IMG/VR virus record: IMGVR_UViG_3300036046_000012
Span: 1 to 43,270 of that record
DNA from: a virus
Lineage: Duplodnaviria > Caudoviricetes
DNA length: 43,270 nt
Direction: 5' to 3' (one strand)
The translations under genes were made by a program, and so were the position numbers. How positions within the stretch are numbered: the stretch's first letter is position 1; the number at the start of each line of letters is the position of its first letter. Shown here in pieces: positions 35,216-43,270 of the stretch. A model generated the notes under the pieces. The model had not been told where the DNA came from. It saw nothing but the letters and a program-made list of their open reading frames with translations, and did no database searches.

Positions 35216-36166
35216 TTAAGGCGTTACGTCAGGAGTCAGTGCAGCAAAGGCATCATCAGCAAGCGTCATAAATCCGACTTGTTGAGTCACGCGTAGGGCG
35301 AACATGTCACGTTCGAACAGGTTGATTGGCTCTCCATCAGATCCCAGGACAGTTGTCAATGTAGCATCTTCTGAAATCTTGTACTCCATCCCTTGTGGAA
35401 TGCCGTAGCGTGTATAATCCCAATCAGCAGCCATCAGAAGGGCTTTCGTGTAATCCCAAGACTTTGAATCCACATAACCAATTGGAAGTCCCAGTGCCTG
35501 CTGTGTGGCTCCTGCTTTGGCGTCATTGAAGATTGGCAGTCCTGATTGATCTTTCGTACCACGGAGCTTTTGACGGAAGCGACGAGTTGTTGTGAAGCCG
35601 TCAGCATCCTTATCAGCATCTTCAATAAGTGCCATGATGCCGTTCAGCTCATCATAAAGATTTCCTGCTTCGTCATGTGCAATAGTATTGCCGGCAGCAG
35701 TTGCTCTTTCAAATACTGAAATACCAGTTCCGAAAGGGGAAGCTGTTCCGTATAGAGCAGCCTGGTCAAACTTGATCGCAAAAGCTTCAGCGATAGCCGG
35801 GCGCATTTGAGCGAAGAAATCTGAAACAGAGTAACGCAGAAATTCTTTAGAAACCGGGATGATAACACCAAGTTTCTTAGATTTCATTGTTGCTGTTAAC
35901 CATGTGGCCTTAGAAGTTTGGATCTTCTCTCCTTCTCCCACCCAGTAAGCTCCCGGTCCTGATGCAAGGTACGTGAATTTCTTCTCCGGCTTCGTCATTG
36001 GCTCATACTTAGCCAGCTGCACAACAGCCGATTGAGTCATGAAGTCCTTTAGTACCAGTGTCCCTTGTTCTTGCGGCACTGCACCTGTTACCGCATCCTG
36101 TAGCAATACATTTGCCGGGTTAAACGTTTCAAACATACGAATGTTAACTGTGAGTAATTTTGTCAT
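35216..36166 (-). CDS. Major capsid protein
   Basis: FNPANV; GAYWVGEGEKI; KKLGVIIPVSKE; NLFERDMFALR. Confidence 0.93.
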   Translation of the reverse strand: MTKLLTVNIRMFETFNPANVLLQDAVTGAVPQEQGTLVLKDFMTQSAVVQLAKYEPMTKPEKKFTYLASGPGAYWVGEGEKIQTSKATWLTATMKSKKLGVIIPVSKEFLRYSVSDFFAQMRPAIAEAFAIKFDQAALYGTASPFGTGISVFERATAAGNTIAHDEAGNLYDELNGIMALIEDADKDADGFTTTRRFRQKLRGTKDQSGLPIFNDAKAGATQQALGLPIGYVDSKSWDYTKALLMAADWDYTRYGIPQGMEYKISEDATLTTVLGSDGEPINLFERDMFALRVTQQVGFMTLADDAFAALTPDVTP

Positions 36167-36180
36167 TGAATAATTTCCTC

Positions 36181-36807
36181 CTATTTTCGGATACTTGCTT
36201 GTTCAGCAAGAGCTCCGATGTCAATTGTTCCGGTATTGCTACCGCCGCCAGTTGATACGATCCGGCCATTCTCTTTAAACTTAACGTCCACGGCTGCTTG
36301 AACAGCTTTTGTGTACTCTTCTTCAAACTTTTTAAGATTATCGAGTGTGCCAGCTTCGTCTTCCCCAATAAAAAAGTCAATAACGCCATCCGGTAGGCTC
36401 TTTTCCTTAGCCACCTTCAGTGCTTTATTGACAAGTCCTTCCCGGATACGGGCCTTTTCTGCAATTTCAATCTTATTAGTCAACTCTTCAATCTTGATTT
36501 GCTCCGGCGACTTTGTTGGATTGCGCTTATTTACCTCTTCAGTAATAAGATTTTCAAGATTGTTCGTTTTCCATGTTTCAAGTGATTTGGTGAAATGGGA
36601 ATCTAACCTTGGCTGCAGGAGCTTTTTACCCTCTTCTGTATCCAAGAACCCTTTCACCTTATCAGCTGATACGGCAGAAAGTTCTCCCAGATATGTTTTT
36701 ACAGCTTCTTGCTCCTTATTTTCGGCTAGAAACTTCTTTACTGCATCTAATGTGATTGCAGCTTCAAACTGCTTGATATTGACTGGCAATAACACTTTTT
36801 TAAACAT
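36181..36807 (-). CDS. Capsid scaffolding protein (DUF4355-like)
   Basis: ATG 36807 after AGGAGG; helical and charged; precedes capsid gene. Confidence 0.85.
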   Translation of the reverse strand: MFKKVLLPVNIKQFEAAITLDAVKKFLAENKEQEAVKTYLGELSAVSADKVKGFLDTEEGKKLLQPRLDSHFTKSLETWKTNNLENLITEEVNKRNPTKSPEQIKIEELTNKIEIAEKARIREGLVNKALKVAKEKSLPDGVIDFFIGEDEAGTLDNLKKFEEEYTKAVQAAVDVKFKENGRIVSTGGGSNTGTIDIGALAEQASIRK

Positions 36808-36897
36808 TTCTTTTTTCCTCCTAGCCATGCAGTTCGAGCCTGCATGTCTGTTTTTAGGTATAACAAAGCGCCTGACAACTCTCATATCAGGCGCGGA

Positions 36898-37077
36898 CTA
36901 TCCTTGCTTTATTGTTACCTGCAGATCTTCAGGGTACTGAGTAGACAATTCTTGTAAAAACCGTACAGATGACTGCAGTATAGTTGAAACTGATGCACAT
37001 ACAACGCTTTGTGCGTGACCGGTGGCTTCGATGATCATGTGGCCGTCTTCTCCCACAGTGACTTCAATTTTAGTCAA
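36898..37077 (-). CDS. prp: Miniature Prp-family (peptidase C108) cysteine protease, 59 aa; absent from ORF track
   Basis: TTG after AGGAGGGG; MTKIEVTVGEDGHMIIEATGHAQSVVCASVSTILQSSVRFLQELSTQYPEDLQVTIKQG carries GHA...VCASVS and QYP motifs. Confidence 0.8.
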   Translation of the reverse strand: MTKIEVTVGEDGHMIIEATGHAQSVVCASVSTILQSSVRFLQELSTQYPEDLQVTIKQG

Positions 37078-37136
37078 GATTTCCCCTCCTACTCAATGCC
37101 ATTTAACGCAATGGCTGCGAGATGTTAGATCACCTC

Positions 37137-38174
37137 CTATTTGAGAGCGTTCTGTTTGCCGTTATACCACTCGTCGTAGCTTACGAAGGGTATAACTCTA
37201 CTCGGCGCCTGAATCTCTTTCTGCGCCTTCTTCAGTGCCTGTTTATAGGTAAGTCCGAGGTCCGCCATGTACTGGTCAATCTTATCAGCCATTTTTTGCT
37301 GATACTTATCATCCATATAGTCGCGCTCTCTGCGGTATTCAGGAACCTTTCCGTTCACCAGTAGGATTTTCACGCACCGACACTGGATATCCATTGATGC
37401 AATTCCCCACATTCGTGGAGCTTTTGATTTCCATGCCTTGTAATGAAAATAACCATTCTTATCGGTCTTTTTCCCGTCTAGTTCCTGGTGGGCCTCTCTT
37501 ACACGGTGATCAAGCATGCTCATCCAAATTGCGCTCATCTCTGCATACTCGGATGCCTTTTCCATTACTTTTTCTGCAGCAATGGATCTCGCCCGGCCAA
37601 CTTCCGTCCGAGCTACTAATCTTGCTTTCTTCTGACTGAATCCCACAGCCTTCTCGATGCGTTTGGCCATAGTGGCATAACCTTCTCCGGCAATCATGCC
37701 CTGAGCAAGCTCAATTTTTATCTTGCGGACAATTTCATTGCGATGCTGCTCCATTACTTTAGGAAGCGTTAATTCAGCAATAGGATTAAGCAGTGCTTCA
37801 GTGATTACACCTTTGCTCGGAATATCAAAACCCATATCTGTGCCGTCTGCGATTCCCATCTCGATGATGTAGGCCGTCATAAGGTATTTGCTCACGAATT
37901 GGTTTTCTGTCTGCGCCTGAATATCCTTAATGACTTTCCTATAGTCTTCAGTCAGGGAGTCACCGATGAGTTTCATTTCCTTCTGAAACCTGTTGAATTT
38001 ATTCAACTCTGTGAAGGACAGCTCCCCGTTCTTTTCGTACTTCCTGTACATTCTGGCCACTTGATTCAAGATTGTTTTCAAGCGCTTAGCAAAAACGATT
38101 TCCAATGCGACTTCTGCAGTTGCTAAGAGCTTATCAAGTATTTCTTCAATCTCCAGTTGGTCCATCGTCATCAC
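37137..38174 (-). CDS. Minor head protein (SPP1 gp7/Mu gpF-like)
   Basis: RLVARTEVGR; W..LDHRVR..HQELDG; IQCRC. Confidence 0.9.
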   Translation of the reverse strand: MMTMDQLEIEEILDKLLATAEVALEIVFAKRLKTILNQVARMYRKYEKNGELSFTELNKFNRFQKEMKLIGDSLTEDYRKVIKDIQAQTENQFVSKYLMTAYIIEMGIADGTDMGFDIPSKGVITEALLNPIAELTLPKVMEQHRNEIVRKIKIELAQGMIAGEGYATMAKRIEKAVGFSQKKARLVARTEVGRARSIAAEKVMEKASEYAEMSAIWMSMLDHRVREAHQELDGKKTDKNGYFHYKAWKSKAPRMWGIASMDIQCRCVKILLVNGKVPEYRRERDYMDDKYQQKMADKIDQYMADLGLTYKQALKKAQKEIQAPSRVIPFVSYDEWYNGKQNALK

Positions 38175-39534
38175 CTGCTATCGGTTCTAACTTTGCACCG
38201 AGGCGGAACTCATCGTCTTCCATCTCTTTAAGCTCAAAGTCCACATCATCCACGAAAGACAGCTGTGAAAGCCTTGTACGTTCGCTGACATGCCCTTTGA
38301 GTGATTGAGTGGTTTGAGCCTCTTGGAGCAGATCGGCAGGCAAATTGCGCTTAAAGGTGAACCACACTTTCAAGTAATCTTCCTTATTCGCTTTGCTTCG
38401 TTTATTCCAGGCAGAGAATAGAATCTTAAACTGATAGCGGAGAGCAGCAGTCATTTTGCGCTCCATGGTTATGCACTTATTCTCTAAAGCGAGTATCTTG
38501 TATTTCATGGCCACTCCGGTAACCGTGCCGCCAAAAGCCTCATCAGAGAAATTAACTGACTTCGAAAACCTGAGGATATTTTCCTCCAGGCGGTCAAGAT
38601 GATGCTCAATTAACAAGTCATTAATATCTTTTGTCAGATACTTAACATCATCTTTTTCATCGTACAGCTCGAACATCCCTGTTTCTTTTAATTTGGCAAG
38701 TGTTTCTTCATCGGCCCCTAAGCCTTTTAAGATTAAGTACGCCAGGCGGTACTGTTCAATCTCGTTGCTTGCATCCGACAGCGTCCGGTCATATGCATCT
38801 ATGAGCTTGAGCACTTTTTCCGCATCACCCATGAGCTCCTTGTTGTTCGAAAGTCCGAATAAAGGGCATCCTTCAAACAAATGTGGCTTCACTTCATCCA
38901 GCGTAAAGGCTGAGCTGTCCTTTGTGCTGTAGTAATGGACCTTATCATCGTCATAAAACTCTGCCTTCAGCTGCCCGTTGTACGTCTCATAATACCTCAG
39001 GGCATATTCAGGCTCGTGGATGTGATGATCCGTGAAGAAGATGACCTCCCAGGGATTTATGCCGACAATGCGTTCGTTTCCTTCTTTGTCGATGTAAGCC
39101 AATCGCGCTGCCTGTCCACAGATGGCTGCCATTTTGCCCCATTCACTATCTTCATCAGCAACATGGTTTCGTAGGTTGAATTCATCAATCAGCTGTTTTA
39201 AGGATGATGTGGTACCTGGTTCTCTCTGGTCATCAAGTTCATAGGTGATGGGATTCCCGAACATGTAGCCCACCTTTGTATCAACGATGTCCGAATCAAA
39301 GGAGTTATTGAGGGTATTATTCACTTTATTATCAAGGCGAATCATTCTCCCTGTTTCAAAGTCCTCATAGTCGATTGCCTTTCTGCTTAGAACAGGAACC
39401 CCATCAACTGCAACTTTGTAACGCTTGTATAAATTTCTCATCCGGTCTGCATCATTTTTGTGAGCTGCTATGATCTCAGCTATCAATTCAGGCGTAATCC
39501 CGGTTTCTCTAATGATTTGCAGGAACTTAATCAC
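38146..39534 (-). CDS. Portal protein, SPP1 gp6 family
   Basis: IVDTKVGYMFGNPITY; LIDAYDRTLSD; GVAMKYK; FKRNLP. Confidence 0.95.
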   Translation of the reverse strand: MIKFLQIIRETGITPELIAEIIAAHKNDADRMRNLYKRYKVAVDGVPVLSRKAIDYEDFETGRMIRLDNKVNNTLNNSFDSDIVDTKVGYMFGNPITYELDDQREPGTTSSLKQLIDEFNLRNHVADEDSEWGKMAAICGQAARLAYIDKEGNERIVGINPWEVIFFTDHHIHEPEYALRYYETYNGQLKAEFYDDDKVHYYSTKDSSAFTLDEVKPHLFEGCPLFGLSNNKELMGDAEKVLKLIDAYDRTLSDASNEIEQYRLAYLILKGLGADEETLAKLKETGMFELYDEKDDVKYLTKDINDLLIEHHLDRLEENILRFSKSVNFSDEAFGGTVTGVAMKYKILALENKCITMERKMTAALRYQFKILFSAWNKRSKANKEDYLKVWFTFKRNLPADLLQEAQTTQSLKGHVSERTRLSQLSFVDDVDFELKEMEDDEFRLGAKLEPIAGDDDGPTGD

Positions 39535-39546
39535 GTTGTCTCACCT

Positions 39547-40746
39547 CTATCCTGTCTTTCTTCGTTTTGGCTTCAGATGGGTGTATATGGCGTACCTGAT
39601 GCTGTCCAATACATCGTCCCATTCTTTAACCGGCTCCCCCGTCTTTGCATTCCAGACGTACATGAAAATCTCTTTCTTGAACCGGTCAACCTTGTCTTTC
39701 ACAACTTTCAATTTGCGCTTCTTGAACAACCTGGCCACTTCCTCGATTCCTGATACGACAGCCTTATCAGCATTTATGGCTCTAATTCCTTCACGTCTGA
39801 AGCGGATAAGATGCTCCGGCCGCGCTGAATCACAATAGAAATTAATGTTTCCGTATCGACTCTTCACACCTTTTGCAACAGTTACCCAGTAATCGATTTC
39901 TTCATGCTGCTTGGAATGCTCTTCCAGGACGTACAGATCACCTTTGTCATCTTCTCCGATGGCAACAATGGAGCCTGGATGCTCATACCCCCAGTCAACA
40001 CCTGCCCAGTAACGAACAAAGTTGAGCTTTTCTGCCTCAGCAGATGAAACGTAATGGGCGCTTTGGTCAAAGTCCTTATAGATAACACCTTCAGCTGCTA
40101 CCCACTGACCTTTAATATCCCGGTCAGTAAACATGCCGGTTGGAGTTGAAGCGACAATACTTTCCACGTATTCAGGATCCAAGAAGATATTATCGTACAA
40201 CGTAAAATGGAACGCTCTGATGTTCAGGCGTCCGCTTTCTAATCTTTGTCCATCCTTGTCAATTAAATCTTCTTTTACAGGATGGCTGGGATTCTCCGGG
40301 TTGGTATCAATAATGATTCTTGAGCCTTTGTAGGAGCAACGGGAAATGACTTCCTTAACAAACATGTCATGGAGTGCTGTTCCCTCGTTCAATAGTGCGC
40401 CAGCTGCTGTAAATCCACGAGCTTTTTTCCAAGCATCAGACGTGGATCCGTCAAAAACATAAATCCTATTTCCGAAAAGGTTAAAAGATTTCTTCAAATC
40501 AAGTTTAATTTCTCGACCGAGTATCTTCTCCATATCATCTAAGATATTACGCCAAATGGATGAATAGGTTGCTCCTCCGATAATAAAAGCGAGCCCCTCG
40601 CCCTCATATTTGGCCACGTGAGCAAGAAATAGCAGTAAGGCAATATGCGTTTTACCTGCACGCTTAGCACCACTTAGAAGGAGTATTTTGGGATCTTCAG
40701 TACGAACGCTTTGAACGACCTCAATCTGCTTTGGAGTTAATTCCAT
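39547..40746 (-). CDS. terL: Terminase large subunit, PBSX family
   Basis: GAKRAGKT; DTNPENPSH; GVDWGYEHP; DDVLDSIRYA. Confidence 0.95.
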   Translation of the reverse strand: MELTPKQIEVVQSVRTEDPKILLLSGAKRAGKTHIALLLFLAHVAKYEGEGLAFIIGGATYSSIWRNILDDMEKILGREIKLDLKKSFNLFGNRIYVFDGSTSDAWKKARGFTAAGALLNEGTALHDMFVKEVISRCSYKGSRIIIDTNPENPSHPVKEDLIDKDGQRLESGRLNIRAFHFTLYDNIFLDPEYVESIVASTPTGMFTDRDIKGQWVAAEGVIYKDFDQSAHYVSSAEAEKLNFVRYWAGVDWGYEHPGSIVAIGEDDKGDLYVLEEHSKQHEEIDYWVTVAKGVKSRYGNINFYCDSARPEHLIRFRREGIRAINADKAVVSGIEEVARLFKKRKLKVVKDKVDRFKKEIFMYVWNAKTGEPVKEWDDVLDSIRYAIYTHLKPKRRKTG

Positions 40747-41542
40747 TGACTAACCCCCTTAAAGCCGCAGCAACATCTTTTTCCTGATTAGTGCCTTCTT
40801 TTATGACTTTTTCCTGAGCAATCTTCAATTTCTCTTGCTCGATTTCCCTTTTAAACTTGTCAGGGAACAGGTCAAAGTATAAGGACAGCTTCTCCAGGGC
40901 CTTCATCTTATCTTCAAGCTTGATAGACACGCCATCTTTCCCCTGTTTCACCTCGGAAATAATGGAACCATCAACATTTGCAGACTCATTGAATTGAACA
41001 TAGTTCACTTCAGCCGTTATCGCGTTACCGTCCTTATCACGGTCAATTTCAATCTGCTTGCGGCCAAAGGACAGGTAATCATTAATGTCACTGAATGCAA
41101 TTTTGATGTACTTATTAAGCACGTCCATTGCATCTATGAACAAGCCTTGAGTCATATCTTTTTTAATGCGCCGGATTTCCTCCGCGATTCTAACATTACC
41201 TAACAGTCTAGGACCCTGCACATGAGCTGTGCCTGCTGAATAACCAGCTTTAATTGCAGATTGAGTAGCATTAAATGATTTCACGTAATAAAGACAGAAA
41301 AGACGCTGTTTTTCATTTAACTCATCCGATTCTATAACCGGCTCTTTTTTAGGAGCAACTTTCTTTTTAGGGGTTGCAACCTTCTTTTTAGTTGCATCCT
41401 TTTGGGTTGCATCCCTCGACCATCCATCACGGCTTTTCCTGCTCTTCAACGTTCCGAGTTTGACATTGTGTTTTTCGGCGAGTGCCTTTAGGGTGATATC
41501 GGTCGTTTCGTATTCAATTCTTATGGCATCCCAATTCATCAC
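40721..41542 (-). CDS. terS: Terminase small subunit with N-terminal HTH
   Basis: LNEKQRLFCLYY..NATQSAIKAGYS; DKMKALEKL. Confidence 0.93.
   Translation of the reverse strand: MMNWDAIRIEYETTDITLKALAEKHNVKLGTLKSRKSRDGWSRDATQKDATKKKVATPKKKVAPKKEPVIESDELNEKQRLFCLYYVKSFNATQSAIKAGYSAGTAHVQGPRLLGNVRIAEEIRRIKKDMTQGLFIDAMDVLNKYIKIAFSDINDYLSFGRKQIEIDRDKDGNAITAEVNYVQFNESANVDGSIISEVKQGKDGVSIKLEDKMKALEKLSLYFDLFPDKFKREIEQEKLKIAQEKVIKEGTNQEKDVAAALRGLVNGINSKAD
41352..41414. repeat. GTTGCA repeats inside terS (candidate pac region)
   Basis: GGAGCAAC, GGTTGCAACC, AGTTGCATCC, GGTTGCATCC separated by T tracts. Confidence 0.4.
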
Positions 41543-41578
41543 ATCATCACCTTAACCCCCTCTAACGAGAATTAAATG

Positions 41579-41749
41579 CTATTTCTTCCTGCTTCTGATG
41601 GCCCCTCGACGGCGGCCGTAAGTGTCTCGATTACTGCCCATAATTTCATGCCAATTCACATATTCTTCTTTCTTTTGTTTTTTCTTAGGCGTGTGCAGCT
41701 CATCGATCTTTTTCTTTTGGTCATCAGGTAATCTGTCGCTGATCTTCAT
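41579..41749 (-). CDS. Small basic protein upstream of terS
   Basis: MKISDRLP...WHEIMG..RDTYGRRRGAIR; RBS AGGTGAAGGG. Confidence 0.7.
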   Translation of the reverse strand: MKISDRLPDDQKKKIDELHTPKKKQKKEEYVNWHEIMGSNRDTYGRRRGAIRSRKK

Positions 41750-41775
41750 CCCTTCACCTACTTTTAAGGACATAG

Positions 41776-41808
41776 AAAAAGCGCCCTCCCAATTGGAAAG
41801 ACGCTTTT
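41776..41808 (-). terminator. Hairpin with U-tract in late leader
   Basis: AAAAGCGTCTTTCC-AATT-GGGAGGGCGCTTTTT. Confidence 0.6.
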
Positions 41809-41827
41809 GATGTATTTCGTTAATATC

Positions 41828-41893
41828 ATATTAGCACGGTTAAAGCCTAATGCTCTGCCGTTCTTGTGCCATTTTTCTTTCATTTTTCTGCCA
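41828..41893 (-). promoter_or_regulatory. Putative late promoter: four 11-bp direct repeats plus extended -10
   Basis: TGGCAGAAAAA TGAAAGAAAAA TGGCACAAGAA CGGCAGAGCAT then TGcTAATAT. Confidence 0.6.
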
Positions 41894-42457
41894 TTCTGCG
41901 TACATCTTTTTATCCATATTAAAATGATCAAGCAATGCAGTATATAATTTCTGTGATTCCGAAAAGTACAAGTCGTTATAACTTTTCTTGTTTTCAATTT
42001 CAGACATCGGATTGGAACGATAAGTTTCCCGCCATTCTATGACTTGATTTATCCTGGTAATGTAGTTATAGAATGTCCTTAATTTCAATTGAGCGGTTTC
42101 ATCCTCTAATACCATATCCTTTTTGTTGTACAAAACGTGTTTTACAATATCATCTTGAAATTGAAACAATGGTAAAAGTATGAACTTTGATTCGTTAAGA
42201 GCTTTGTAATCTTGTTGAAGAGTATCTTCATTCACCCTACAAAGATCAAGGTTCTTACTAAACTCTTCAAGTAATTGCTTTTTTAGTAATTCCACTTCTT
42301 TTTTATCCTTGCTTTTCTTTTGCAAGCTTTCTTTGGATAGTCCCAGTAAAAGAGATATGACTGCAACAATAGAACCTGTGAATATTCTTGGATCAATCAT
42401 GGATGCTATTTCTTTTAACAGCAGCAAAATATTGTTGAACAATTGAATCTGATTCAA
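41840..42457 (-). CDS. Low-GC moron; N-terminal TM hypothetical protein
   Basis: TTG 42457 after AGGAGG; IFTGSIVAVISLLLGL; AT-rich. Confidence 0.7.
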   Translation of the reverse strand: MNQIQLFNNILLLLKEIASMIDPRIFTGSIVAVISLLLGLSKESLQKKSKDKKEVELLKKQLLEEFSKNLDLCRVNEDTLQQDYKALNESKFILLPLFQFQDDIVKHVLYNKKDMVLEDETAQLKLRTFYNYITRINQVIEWRETYRSNPMSEIENKKSYNDLYFSESQKLYTALLDHFNMDKKMYAEWQKNERKMAQERQSIRL

Positions 42458-42485
42458 AATAAATCCTCCTCGTAAGAAAGCACCC

Positions 42486-42944
42486 TTACACAGGGTGCTC
42501 TTCATTCTTATAAACTTCAATTCTCAGAATAAATGCGAGCTTGTAGAATATTCTCGCTTTAATTCTGTAATACCTGCTTTGACTGTATCCGATTTCATTA
42601 TATATTTCATAATCAAATACTTCCTCATCGTCCAGGTACCTTCTGTATATCAATTCCCGTTCCATTTTGTTGAGTCGGTTTACTCCTCGGACAATGTATT
42701 CCAAATAACGATCCCGTTCTATTTCAAAATCCACTTTCTGTATTGCTGCATTTTCAGTTGATGAGTTGAACGTATTTGAGATTGAAGGAGGGACCAGTGA
42801 ATAGGTTGCCGTAACCTTTGGAAGGTTTTCTTCTGGAACAGTGAGTAGATAAAAGCGATATTTTTCAAGTGCAGATTCCACAGCTTCTTTTGTTCTTTCT
42901 CTGTCTATCTCAGGAAGTTTGAACGTCATTTGATTCCCCGCCAA
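42486..42944 (-). CDS. arpU: ArpU-family late transcription/packaging activator
   Basis: PEIDRERTK..LEKYR; PKVTATYSL; SSTE; ERELIYRRYL; YYRIKARIFYKLAF. Confidence 0.9.
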   Translation of the reverse strand: MAGNQMTFKLPEIDRERTKEAVESALEKYRFYLLTVPEENLPKVTATYSLVPPSISNTFNSSTENAAIQKVDFEIERDRYLEYIVRGVNRLNKMERELIYRRYLDDEEVFDYEIYNEIGYSQSRYYRIKARIFYKLAFILRIEVYKNEEHPV

Positions 42945-42958
42945 GCAGATCCCTCCTG

Positions 42959-43003
42959 TGTTATACTTTAATTGGCCGAGTCAGGAGAAATCCTGGCTTT
43001 TTT
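42959..43003 (+). promoter_or_regulatory. Antisense extended -10 promoter followed closely by a terminator
   Basis: TGtTATACT at 42959-42967; GTCAGGA-GAAA-TCCTGGC-TTTTTT at 42980-43003. Confidence 0.5.
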
Positions 43004-43184
43004 AGTCTTCATAACTCCAAACAAATCCCCCTGCTGTTTTTCGTTCCTTTCTTAGAGCGCCCTGAATGCTCTTCAGGTGAATACCAGTTCTTTCAGCTGC
43101 TACCTTCGCTGATAAGTAAACGCGGATTAATTCGCCACTACGTTCGTACTTCCCTACTTTTCTTGCTGGTTTTCTTACTGGCAT
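43002..43184 (-). CDS. Stand-alone NUMOD1-like DNA-binding domain protein
   Basis: GELIRVYLSAKVAAERTGI..I..AL..KTAGGFVWSY. Confidence 0.8.
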   Translation of the reverse strand: MPVRKPARKVGKYERSGELIRVYLSAKVAAERTGIHLKSIQGALRKERKTAGGFVWSYED

Positions 43185-43270
43185 TCCCTTTCCTCCTGAT
43201 CATTCTCGTAGTCTGCAATAGCCTTATCTAAAATTTCTTCTGCTTCCCGGCTTGTATAACCACGCATGAC
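43175..43270 (-). CDS. C-terminal part of the 41-aa junction-spanning ORF (VMRGYTSREAEEILDKAIADYENDQEERECQ)
   Basis: Open from 43270 to TAA at 43175; in frame with 30..1. Confidence 0.6.
   Translation of the reverse strand, partial: VMRGYTSREAEEILDKAIADYENDQEERECQ

Larger units (their letters stand above)
1..43270. mobile_element. Temperate siphovirus genome (SPP1-like head/tail, serine integrase), probably complete and circularly permuted; Bacillaceae host
   Basis: All phage modules present in canonical order; no host housekeeping genes; integrase is followed directly by lysis-side accessory genes (excised-form arrangement); an ORF is in frame across the window ends. Confidence 0.93.

Noticed and set aside
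32820-35225. +1 frameshift extensions of capsid or tail tube (CCC TAA type)
   Set aside because: Tail tube ends CCA TAA followed by a terminator; capsid ends CCT TAA with a stop in the +1 frame right after
968-42761. Numerous ORF-track entries antisense to or nested in long genes (e.g. 26603-27232, 36311-36940, 34082-34585)
   Set aside because: No RBS or recognisable motifs; they are shadow frames of genes on the other strand
1-43270. CRISPR array, DGR/reverse transcriptase, IS element, intron, tRNA genes
   Set aside because: No spaced repeats, RT or transposase motifs, split core genes or tRNA-like sequences seen; NUMOD1 ORF has no nuclease domain

Overview
The window looks like a complete, circularly permuted genome (43,270 bp) of a temperate siphovirus of a spore-forming Bacillaceae host, written mostly on the - strand. 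One small ORF reads in frame across the 1/43270 junction and no host genes are present. Modules: replication/recombination (SMC-like ATPase, RecT, DnaD-type initiator with iterons, DnaC-like loader, RusA, dimeric dUTPase); Cro/CI switch with operators and a LexA box; large serine integrase; lysis (XhlA, SPP1-type holin, amidase); SPP1-like head and tail; ArpU late activator. Most notable: (1) a four-gene minimal conjugation/T4SS-like module between endolysin and integrase (RHH protein, VirB2/TrbC-like pilin, membrane-anchored M23 peptidase, 861-aa VirB4/HerA-like ATPase with atypical Walker motifs, no relaxase), with sporulation-sigma-like promoter candidates and an antisense 18-aa peptide; (2) an unannotated half-size (59 aa) Prp cysteine protease whose likely substrates, scaffold and capsid, share a divergent leader motif; (3) a second, tyrosine recombinase with an in-frame amber codon and its own Xre operator array beside a low-GC tail cassette with a GH113-like domain. 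All family calls come from motif recognition by eye; no searches were run.
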